Assembly (NCBI GenBank): GCA_964016885.1
Contig: OZ024765.1
Coordinates: forward strand, 3,162,001-3,226,000
DNA from: Eledone cirrhosa
Lineage: Eukaryota
Length of the DNA: 64,000 nt
Direction: 5' to 3'
Under the pieces are notes generated by a model that worked only from the letters and a program-made list of their open reading frames with translations, made no database searches and had not been told where the DNA came from. Every line of letters begins with the position of its first letter. Position 1 is the first letter of the stretch. Shown piece after piece: positions 13,271-23,357 of this stretch. A program made the translations under genes and the position numbers.

Positions 13271-13784
13271 TTGGTTATATGTACATACCTATATAGTTAT
13301 ACTTATATGTATGTATTCATATATATAGTTAACATACACAGTTAACACATATATACACATATATGGTTATTATATACACACACACAGAGTTAATACCTAA
13401 ATATATACCACATATATATTGTTAACACCTATATATACATATATGGTTATTATATACACACATAGAGTTAATACCTAAATGTATACCACATATATATTAA
13501 CACCTATATATACATATATGGTTATTATATACACAGGGTTAATACCTAAATATATACCACATATATGGAGTTAACATAAGTACTCATTTCGAAAAACCTT
13601 TTTTTTTTCGAGTTATGTCCCTTACATTAGTCCGTTATTCTATAGGTTTAACATTAGAAAAATTAACAGAAGACAAAGCAAGTCGAATAACAATTTCTTG
13701 AAAGGGAAACCTTAATTTATTTTCAATAAAATATAAATACATGCGAAAGACAGAGAACTCCAGGGTCTTCGGTCGTTGAGATGG

Positions 13785-13815
<31 letters not shown>

Positions 13816-13842
13816 TAATGTGTGTTTGACGGATTTCCCGTG

Positions 13843-14628
13843 TACACATATGCATATATATATAAGTATGCATACGTACACACACACATATATATATACA
13901 TATGTGTATATATATACACATACGTATATATATATATATATACACATGTATCTATGTGTGTATATAAATGTATGTGTGTGTTTATAAGTATATGTATATA
14001 TATATGTATATATATATGTATATATGTATATATATATGGATATATATATGGATATATATATGGATATATATATGTATATATATATATGTATATATATATA
14101 TGGATATGTATATGTATATATATATATATGTATATATATGTATATATATGTATATGTATATATATGTATATGTATATATATGTATATATATATATGTATA
14201 TGTATATATATTTATATATATGTATATATATATATATATATATATGTAATATATATATACATATGTATATATATATATATACATATGTATATATATATAT
14301 ATATATACATATGTATATATATATATATACATATGTATATATATATATATACATATGTATATATATATATATATACATATGTATATATATATATATATAC
14401 ATATGTATATATATATATATATATACATATGTATATATATATACATATGTATATATACATATGTATATATATATATATACATATGTATATATATACATAT
14501 ATATATACATATATATATATACATATATATATACATATATATATACATATATATATATACATATGTATATATATATATGTATATATATATACATATGTAT
14601 ATATATATATACATATGTATATATATAC

Positions 14629-14659
<31 letters not shown>

Positions 14660-14820
14660 CATATATATATATATATGTATATATATATACATATATATAT
14701 ATATATGTATATATATATACATATATATATATATATACATATGTATATATATATACTTCTATATATATACATATATGTATATATATATATATATGTATAA
14801 ATATATACATATGTAAATAT
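13843..14820. repeat. compound (TA)n/(TACATA) microsatellite, about 1 kb
   Basis: Direct inspection; preceded by (GA)n at 13790-13815. Confidence 0.97.
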
Positions 14821-14862
14821 AAAAACACACACGAAAAAACTTTACACGATTTCCACTGAAAC

Positions 14863-15278
14863 TTTTTTGCACACAATTTTGCGATTAAGTAAAGACGGAG
14901 TTATCGTTCTTGAGATTTCGGTTCGGAGAAATTTAAGGAACTGATGTCGCTAAATCGCCAAATCATTTACCTGCCCCGTTGCACCATGGGAGGGTAATGG
15001 CTGCTTTTTATTTTTTTTAAACCACGGCAGGTTTTTTAATTTCTTTCTCGTTAACTTGTTTTAATTCACTACTTATATAAAACAAGGAACAAGTTGGCGA
15101 AGAGGAAATTAAAAAAATCTGCCGTGGTTCAAAAAAATTAAAAGGCAGCCATTACCCTCCCATGGTGCAACGGGGCAGATTTGGCGATTTAGCGACATCA
15201 GTTCCTCAAATTACTCCGAGCCGAAATCTCAAGAACGATAACTCCGTCTTTACTTAATCGCAAAAATGGGTGCAAAAA
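14863..15278. mobile_element. foldback/MITE-like palindromic element, about 200-bp arms
   Basis: gcgattaagtaaagacggagttatcgttcttgagatttcgg...aacttgtt is mirrored by aacaagtt...ccgaaatctcaagaacgataactccgtctttacttaatcgc; loop about 25 nt. Confidence 0.9.
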
Positions 15279-15326
15279 TTATTTCGAATTTCTTAGTAAT
15301 TATTTGTATATTAAATTGTTTACATA

Positions 15327-15830
15327 TACGAAGGTAGGCTTAAAAGTTCATAGGCTCACTATGAAGGAGTGATGCTAGGGCTGTTCAATCTTGCATGTTG
15401 AAAAATTAACCTCATTTGATCATTCCATGAGAGTATCTTGGTCAGCCTATGAAGTAGTGATGCTAGAGCTGTAAAATCTTGCCTGTTGAAAAATTAACCT
15501 CATTTGGTCATTCCATGAGAGTATCTTGGTCAGCCTATGAAGTAGTGATGCTAGAGCTGTGTAATCTTGCATGTTGAAAAATAAACCTCATTTGGTCATT
15601 CCATGAGAGTATCTTGGTCAGCCTATGCAGGAGTGATGCCAAGATACTCTCATGGAATGACCAAATGAGGTTTATTTTTCAACATGCAAGATTGCACAGC
15701 TCTAGCATCACTCCTTCATAGGCTGTCCAAGATACTCTCATGGAATGACCAAATGAGGTTTATTTTTCAACATGCAAGATTGCACAGCTCTAACATCACT
15801 CCTTCATAGGCTGACCAAGATACTCTCATG
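15327..15830. repeat. mariner-like TIR start followed by an 88-bp tandem repeat that inverts midway
   Basis: TACGAAGG...AAAAGTTC start; forward units at 15446, 15534, 15622; reverse-complement units at 15639, 15727, 15815. Confidence 0.85.
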
Positions 15831-15834
15831 GGGA

Positions 15835-17340
15835 GATCAGGTGGTTGTTAGAGGAACTGGATATTGAGACAGAGCCCTTCACCAGAGCGGAGCTAAAGGA
15901 GGATCAAGGAGGACAAGGTTCATGGAGAAGATGGAGTGGCATCAGAAGAGGTGTGATTTTGATGATATCATCCTGGGGTTCTGTAACTGTTACAGGCACT
16001 GGAGAAAGGATTTGCCCCGAATCAGTGGAGGATCAGTAACATCGTCCCAGTGCCAAAGAAGGGAGATCTCTCTCACACCAACAACTACAGGGGGATCTCA
16101 CTGACGTCACTTGTGGCAAAGACCCTCAACAGGATGATTCTTAACAGGATCCAGCCTGAGATGGAGAAGAAGCTCAGGGACAACCAGAACTGCTTCAGAG
16201 AGGGAAGATCAACCACCAATCACATTCTGATGCTGAGGAGGATATTAGAGGGAGCTAGAGCAAAGTGCCTTCCTGCGGTCATGGTTTTCATTGACTTTAG
16301 GAAGGCCTTTGATTCTGTGGACCGTCACTGCCTGATGAAGATCTTACAGGCTTATGGAATCCCCAAGAAGATAGTGGACCTGATAGCAGTGCTCTACACC
16401 AACACCAAATCCCAAGTCATTACACCTGATGGGATGACAGAGTTCTTTGAGATACTGGCTGGAGTGCTCCAAGGAGATACATTGGCTCCCTACCTTTTTA
16501 TCACCGTAGTGGACTATTGTATGCGCCTTGCACTGGAGAAACACCAGGAGTCTGGCTTTACTGTAGCACCAGCTCACAGCAGGAGAGTTAAGGCGAAAAA
16601 GGTATCAGATGCTGAATTTGCAGACAACATAGTTTTGGTGACAAATACAGTGAAGGAGGCAGAGGACTTGATGCAGGAGGTTGAGACTGTGTCGATGAGT
16701 GTGGGGCTGAGAATGAAGGAGACTAAAACAAAATATCTGGTAGAGAATGTTGAGAAGCCAGAGGGGATCACTAAGATAGGCGAGAAGCCGCTAGAATTGG
16801 TTGAGGGCTTCCTGTATTTGGGAGCAAAGAGTTGGAATACGGAAGATGATGTGGTCTAGAGGAAGAGCAAAGCCTGGGTGGCGTGCCACAGCTTGAGATC
16901 GGTGTGGAAGTCAGACCTTCGTAAAGACCTGAAAATCCGCGTCTTCATTGCTGTAGTGGGGTCTGTGCTGCTGTACGGGTCTGAGACTTAGACACTGACT
17001 AAGAAACTCACTCAGATGGTGGATGGGTGCTACACGAGAATGCTGAAGACGGCTCTGAACATTAATCAGTATACACTGAGGATGAAAAACTCAGCGCTGT
17101 ATGGGAGCCTCCCAAAAGTCAGCTCAAAAGTGACACAGAGGATACTGAGGTTAGCTGGACATGCTCACCGACATCCAGAGTTGACATTGCACTCAGTGCT
17201 CCTGTGGGAGCCCATACATGGACACACTGGAAGAGGAAGACCAAGGTTAAGGTACCTTGATGCCCTAAGGACAGACACTGGTCTGTTGGAGATGCAGGAC
17301 ATGGCAGCGATAATGAGGGACAGAGACCGCTGGAGAGAAC
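15835..17340 (+). mobile_element. 5'-truncated, mutated RTE LINE with reverse transcriptase domain
   Basis: PKKGDLS..NNYRGISL, FIDFRKAFDSV, GVLQGDTLAPYLF, EFADN (YADD equivalent), LLYGSET, GRPRL motifs; in-frame stops and frameshifts. Confidence 0.95.
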
Positions 17341-17719
17341 AAGGGCGGTGCCCCAGCATGGCCTCAGCCGGATGGCTGAAACAGGTAAAAGAGTAAAAGA
17401 GAATCTTGATCATAATAAACTACAGTAACTTTATTTATCTTACAATTACAACTTTTATTTCGACATATTTCATTATTAAACAGTTAAAATAATGTTGACC
17501 AACACGCTAATCTTTATTAAATCTCCACATATTCACCGATGTTCAACAGATTCTACACACAAATCGTTAATAAAATACATATGTATATTTATTTATACAC
17601 ATGTATGTATAAATATATACATATATATAATATGTATAGCGCTAATTAATAAATATTTCCATCTGTGACGATCCGTACAACCAATAATAGTAGAAGACAC
17701 GTTAAAAAAATGCGTATAT

Positions 17720-17798
17720 GCAGTGTCCCCACAAAATGTATACACATTCACGTAGAATGCTGTTAAAGTCTGTATACATTTTAAGGGACAACCTGTAT
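17720..17798. mobile_element. about 80-bp mariner-type MITE
   Basis: cagtgtcccc..aaaatgtataca and tgtatacatttt..gggacaacctgTA form inverted ends. Confidence 0.6.
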
Positions 17799-18097
17799 AT
17801 ATTAAGACGACTGATATATATTTATATTTATACATATATATTTTTATGTATTCCATTAAATATTCTACATGTGTGTATTACATTTATATGAATATATATA
17901 TATAAACATATATATACTCTCATATGTATACGCCTGAAAATGTATACATGTATGTAAACATTTATACATACATGTGTACATGTAGTTGGACTGTCATGCA
18001 TATAAAATATTTTACTATTTATTTATATACATACGCTGAATTATTAATTTATAAAAATTACAATGTATGATTAAATTATATTTCATTATGTCTACGA

Positions 18098-18211
18098 TCT
18101 GAGTTCAAATTCCGCCGAGGTTGACTTTGCCTTTCATCCTTACGGGGTCGATAAAATAAAGTACCAGTAATGCACTGGGTAATTGCTGGCCTTGTGCCTA
18201 AAGTAGAAACA
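18098..18211 (+). mobile_element. 5'-truncated SINE with 13-bp TSD
   Basis: SINE from the B box to the tail; ATTATGTCTACGA at 18085-18097 and 18212-18224. Confidence 0.92.
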
Positions 18212-18331
18212 ATTATGTCTACGAATGAAAATTATTTTAATAACTTGTTTTAATGTCATTTTAACATTAATTTATCTAAATAAACACTTTATTTGTCAAG
18301 AAAACCATGGCCATAATATTGCAAATAAAAA

Positions 18332-18648
18332 GAGAGGGAGTCGGGCTGCTAACTGCGAGGTACTTATCTTCACAGGCGGCTTGCCTAACCCAAGGTAACA
18401 GGTGATGCTGGGGAGAGCGCTTGGCTATTCCAGCACCTCAGCCTCGCCATCACTCGAGGTAACTGGCCATCACCCGCTACCTGGACACACTAGAAGAGGA
18501 AGACCGAGGTTAAGGTATGTTGATGACCTAAGGACAGACACTGGTCTGTTGGAGACGCAGGACATGGCAGCGATAATGAGGGACAGAGACCGCTGGAGAG
18601 AACTCGTCCATGGATCTCGGGAATTTTACCCGCCCTAGATAAATAGAT
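18332..18648 (+). mobile_element. GC-rich head fused to RTE 3' end (SINE-like or deleted LINE)
   Basis: 18482-18638 matches the RTE 3' end with a (TAGA)n tail; 18332-18481 is an unrelated GC-rich segment. Confidence 0.65.
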
Positions 18649-18759
18649 ATATGTATATATATACATACATAGATAGATATACATATATATACATACATAT
18701 ACATGGATATACATGTATATATACATAGATATATATACATACATATATACATATAACTA

Positions 18760-19518
18760 GCTCATTCCATTGCACAGATGGTTCTATAGAAATAGTGGAC
18801 AGCTTCCGTTACCTGGGTGACAAAATCAGCAGTGGGGAAGGGTGCTCTGAGAGTACAGTAGCTAGAGTCAGAACGGGATGGAAAAAGTTCAGAGAGCTTA
18901 TACCACTATTAGCCGCTAAAGGGTTCTCCCTAAAAATGAAAGGCAGGCTGTATGATGCCTGCATACGAACAGCTATGTTGCATGGCAGTGAGACCTGGGC
19001 ATTGTGTGCAGAGGATATACGCAGACTAGAGAGAAACGAAGCTTGCATGCTCCGCTGGATGTGTAATAGTAATATACGTGAACGGCAAAGCATTAACGAA
19101 CTAAGGGAGATATTAGGAATAAGAGGGATCAGATGCTGTTTACTCGAGAGAAGACTACGTTGGTACGGTCACGTGATGCGCATGAAAGACGACAGCTGTA
19201 TAACAAAGTGCAGGGCAATAAAGATAGACGGTAGCCACGGAGTAGGAAGACCCAGAAAAACCTGGGACGACCTGATAAATTCCGACCTCACACGCTTACA
19301 CCTCTCCAAGACAATGTCACTGGACCGAGAACTTTGGCGGTACTCAGTAATAGAGAAGACCCGCCTTACCTAAATACAAAGTAAAACCTACTGAAGTCAG
19401 TAGGTATCTCTAACAAAATACACCCCCGTTCCACCACCACCACCCCATCCAATGTAAAGTTATGTTGGTGCCACAACATCCAGGCGGAAACAAATGAAAT
19501 CGTGTAGGCGTCACGACA
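18760..19518 (+). mobile_element. 5'-truncated RTE-like LINE (open frame 18795-19373) with 3' UTR
   Basis: VDSFRYLGD..., LYDACIRTAMLHGSETW, RRLRWYGHVMR, GRPRKTW motifs; 3' UTR homologous to 2436-2752. Confidence 0.93.
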
Positions 19519-19548
19519 AATATTAATTTTCAATGCATTTTTGTAACC

Positions 19549-19621
19549 GTCCCTGTGGCCTAATGGTAAGTACTAGAGACGGTGGAGATCCTGATTTAGG
19601 GTTCGATTTCCGTTAGGTTTT
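19549..19621 (+). ncRNA. tRNA-like Pol III module P0 (outside the first unit; near-identical to P1)
   Basis: A box TGGCCTAATGG 19556-19566, B box GGTTCGATTTC 19600-19610, TTTT at 19618; no cloverleaf. Expression unknown. Confidence 0.55.
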
Positions 19622-19691
19622 ATACTAATAACTGCGTATTTGCTGCTTTTAATATTTATAAAGTTACTTTTTTATTTTTGTTTTATACTAT

Positions 19692-19780
19692 AAAAAAATA
19701 TAATACGACACACTGCCAGTGATTGAACCCCGGACCTGGACCTCCACCGGCTCTTATACTTACCACTAGGCTAAAGGGAC
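19692..19780 (-). ncRNA. tRNA-like Pol III module M2 (one per unit)
   Basis: Minus strand GTCCCTTTAGCCTAGTGGTAAG...CCGGGGTTCAATCACTGG; A box 19773-19763, B box 19729-19719, T6-7 terminator, TATAAATA at -35 to -28. Confidence 0.55.
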
Positions 19781-19830
19781 GGTTACAGAAACTTACTTAA
19801 AAATTGATATTTATAAACCTACTTTTTCAT

Positions 19831-20005
19831 TACTAGAAAAAACCGGAAGTGGAGAAAATTGAAAAACATCTTCTTTTTCTTCCTCTGATTTTTTTTTATC
19901 CAAAATTTGGATTTAAGTCAGAGACGAGTTATCGTTCGTGGCAAAAATCAGAGGAAGAAAAAGAAGAAGTTTTTCAATTTTCTCCACTTCCGGTTTTTTC
20001 TAGTA
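19831..20005. repeat. 175-bp palindrome (63-bp arms, 1 mismatch, 49-nt loop), one per unit
   Basis: TACTAGAAAAAACCGGAAGTGG...GATTTTT and AAAAATC...CCACTTCCGGTTTTTTCTAGTA; further copies start at 24396, 28951, 33502, 38062, 42627, 47201, 51767, 56331, 60897. Confidence 0.97.
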
Positions 20006-20045
20006 TAGGTAAGTAAATATTAATTTTCAAAAAATGTTTGTAACC

Positions 20046-20118
20046 GTCCCTGTGGCCTAATGGTAAGCACTAGAGACGGTGGAGATCCTGATTTAGGGTT
20101 CGATTTCCGTTAGCTTTT
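20046..20118 (+). ncRNA. tRNA-like Pol III module P1 (one per unit)
   Basis: A box TGGCCTAATGG 20053-20063, B box GGTTCGATTTC 20097-20107, TTTT 20115-20118. Confidence 0.55.
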
Positions 20119-21974
20119 ATACTAATAACTGCGTATTTGTTTCTTTTATTAAGTAAGATTTGAACTAATAATGCTGTACTTTGTAGTAATGTCCCATATT
20201 ATATTCAACATATTTTAATTAGAATTTTTTTTTTTTATAAAAGAAAGAACAAAAAACCTTATTGAAATTAAGAAATGAATTTTATTCAGTAAAGTTGTTT
20301 TTATTTTGTTTTCACTTCATTAACTGCTGAATACGTCTTTTGTTTTTGTTTTTGATTCTTTCTAACCATTGTTTACTGTGAATGGTGACTGAACGAACCT
20401 GGATTATTACCAAGTTTCACTGGATGATTGTATTATTTTGTTGTCAGTGGACATCTGGACATCTATCTAAATACCTGGAATAAACACAAGGTGTGTGTTT
20501 TACGTAACATTTCATTTTAATGCCTGATGTTCCTGTATTTCACATTTAAAATGTAACCAAAAATAAACAAGACAGGGACGCTACATCAAAATAAACCACA
20601 CAGACGAGGTACGAATAATCTAAAATTAATTTTAACAAACTATAAACGATGTTTAAAGAGAGACGAACATTAAAATAGGATTTCAAACAAACACGTAAAC
20701 ACAAAGACAATTACAGCCGCCATAATCTAATATCTGAAGATCAACATTTTTCACGATAGAAATAAAACTAAATATGTAAAGTTTAGTGGCCCCTGATTTA
20801 CTTGCTTTTAATTTCATTTTGATAATCTGTATTCTGTAGACATATATTTATGATTTTAATGATGAAATTTCCTCTTGTCTTTAAAAGATTATTACTTATA
20901 AAAATTATAATAGTCACCTCCTCCTCTCGATTAATATGTAGCTTACCCACAGGGGTTCCTCAATTGGGCGGTTTCAACTGTTGGGTGCGCGATGAGCAGC
21001 TGAACAGAAAATTGAGGGCCATTGGAAACTTTGGTGGCCGATATAGAATTTTGAGATTTAAGAAGGTATGCTACCCGAAAACCTATTCAAGGAATATATG
21101 CAAAGAACCTGAATAAATATCAGGAAGCTAATTGGGAAAATTAAACCAGGAACAAACATTTACGAAACATATTTGGTATACTTTGGAATATTTACTATAC
21201 AGGTGGCTGCTGGAACATTTTTTCATGTGAATGTGGGAAATGACGCCAAAATATTTGGCAACCCTTGGCTTACACCTTACTAAATGTTCTGGAGACAAGC
21301 CTCTTCGCTATATATCATAGTTCTTCAATCCTTCCTCTTCCACAGTTGGTGAAGTATTTCGATTTGATATGACGATCGCAGAGTTAGATTTAGGACGTGG
21401 TGGCGTTCATGGGTTTCTTAGTGTTGTTACTAGAAAGGGTCGACTCTGTCTTTCACACTTCAGGTTTTTTCATGAATTAAATATCCATTTTCTTTCTGAT
21501 CGGTCTAACAATGATTTCAACCTACAATGACTCCGTCTGTAATAATGTTCTCTTATTTGAAATATGCCATACCTAACTCCCGTGTCTGTGTGTGTGAAAA
21601 ATATTCCAACTTAGAGCGACGTGCCCGTAAATTGTTTAGCCTGATTCCTATATATAGATAATGTGTAATATTTGAACCTTCATGGAGGGTCTTTGCCGTA
21701 ATTTCCCGTAACTCCGACTAGAAGTCATTATGTAGTTTTTTCGTCCGTTAAAAATAATGATTAAAACAATTCTATATCCACAGTTATATACACCTCATCA
21801 CATATTATATTATTTCCACCAATAACTACATTATATCCTTAAATATGACACCAAGACATATAATTTGTAAATAAAAGATAAAATATTAAAACCTCAATTT
21901 TTAAATAATTTTACCCCACCTTTGTGTTCTCAGTGTTTAGATTAACCCATAATTTTATGATTTTGGAGCATATA

Positions 21975-22062
21975 ACTTATAGTACCAGTCATGTACTGGT
22001 ATCAATTTAACGGATTGGTTCCTCCCCGCAAATTACTTGACTTTTGCCTAAGTAAGACATAC
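21975..22062 (+). mobile_element. decayed SINE 3' half (one per unit)
   Basis: agtaccagtcatgtactgg...aaattacttgacttttgcctaagtaagac resembles the SINE tail aagtaccagt...aattgctggccttgtgcctaaagtagaaac. Confidence 0.65.
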
Positions 22063-22439
22063 TCACAGAATGTATCGATGTATATGTATGAATGTTTATA
22101 TATATTAGTATATTTCATGTTTACAATAATAATAGACAAACAATTTAATGATAATATGAAATGAAATTATTATTATTTATTAATAATATTTTTATTGTTT
22201 TCACTGCATTAACTTCTGAGTGTGACTTTGTTTTTCTTACTATTTTCTACTGTAAATGGCGGCTTAATTGGATTATTACTAAGGTTTACTGGATTGTGGT
22301 GTTTCTTTATTGTTTTATATTTCAATCAGTGGACATCAGGATAGCTTTCTATATACCTGGGATAAATGTAAACAGTACTGACTTTCATCTGCAGTTCAAT
22401 GGTGATGTCTTCTTATATTTTCATTTACTTCTGCAATAC

Positions 22440-23170
22440 TGTATATTGTAGTCTTTTCATTATTTTAAATATTTCTATCATGTCACTCGTTTGATATATC
22501 TCCCCGAAAGATATAGTTATTCAGAGCTTTACATTGGAATAGTGTACTACTATTTAAATATTAGTCCTTTAAATATATATTTCTATCATGTCCCCCCCCC
22601 CCCCCCTCTTAGATTTATCTCCTCTAAATTTGCAATCCCTAAAGTTTAACATCTTTCTTTAGAAGACAGATTTCTTAATAATTCTGGTGTTTTCTGTTTT
22701 GTTCTTTTCTGGATTCCTTCAATAGCTTCTCCGTATTTTCTGAAGTCGTCTGACCATGCCCCCAAAACAATATTCTAGGTCGTATCACACATATCATTCA
22801 ACTAGTGTTTTAGACCTCTCGACATTTAGCTAGGCAAAGGAATGTTTTATTATTCCTATCATCTGAATTCCTTTTTTTTCTTCAACATGTTTAGCCATCT
22901 TTAAAATCATATTCATACATATTCACAATTCCTCGTGGAGGGGTATAAGAGACATGTATAAATATAGCTGCATATTACTACAAAATAACTTGAACCATAT
23001 CGCGAAACATTTTGTAAAGTATCTCTGTAATTATTCTCATTTCGATTTTCTGTAGAATGTATTGACGTTTAAGATAGAGACAATTGCCCTTCTTCTAATA
23101 ATCTCTTTGTCCATTCCATGTTTAGTCTCACAAAATATTGTTAATGCAAGATTTTGCTCTAATGTAATAA
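22440..23170 (-). mobile_element. old CR1 LINE ORF2 relic (one per unit)
   Basis: Minus strand, with stops and frameshifts: MIGIIKHSFA*L...LEYC..AWS..FRKYGEAIEGIQKR....PELLRNLSSKER..TLGIANLEE..LRG DMIEI, matching the CR1 pattern MLGIIKRSF...LEYC..AWSP...IE.VQRR...LSYEERL..L.L..LE.RRLRGDMIE. Confidence 0.8.
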
Positions 23171-23346
23171 ATGTTACTTTTAAAAGACCGAAGTTCTCAA
23201 TTTTCTTCTTTCTCTTGTATATTGATATCTAAAGGATGACAAATGTATGAATTATGTGATAGGGAGGAGAAAAAAGCCACGACCTTCTTCTCTCGTTACA
23301 GAAGGCTAACTGACAACGTCTTTCGCAGGAGTGACTAGTACTACTG

Positions 23347-23357
23347 CCTTTTATATA
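23347..23357 (-). promoter_or_regulatory. candidate TATA box (one per unit)
   Basis: TATATAAAAGG on the minus strand in a GC-richer patch, preceded by two TTGTCACG motifs and GATAAG; Inr-like TCACT and TCAGTT lie downstream at non-ideal spacing. Confidence 0.35.

Noticed and set aside
19756-19764. U1 snRNA 5' end (ATACTTACC)
   Set aside because: Not followed by TGGC or the U1 body; it is the reverse complement of part of module M2.
19549-20118. Functional tRNA genes
   Set aside because: A and B boxes are present but acceptor, D and anticodon stems cannot be paired.
20400-20480. SECIS element or hammerhead ribozyme
   Set aside because: ATGA/GA quartet geometry and the CTGATGA...GAAA core are not satisfied and are not shared by the paralogous copy.
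20850-21116. 88/93-aa ORF repeated in each unit
   Set aside because: No recognisable domain, and conservation only reflects array identity. TGVPQ hints at an RT relic and QKIEGHW in another frame hints at a Merlin/IS1595 relic; neither is convincing by eye.
22161-22451. 96-aa hydrophobic ORF repeated in each unit
   Set aside because: Low-complexity T-rich sequence; the paralogous segment at about 20295-20545 does not keep the frame.
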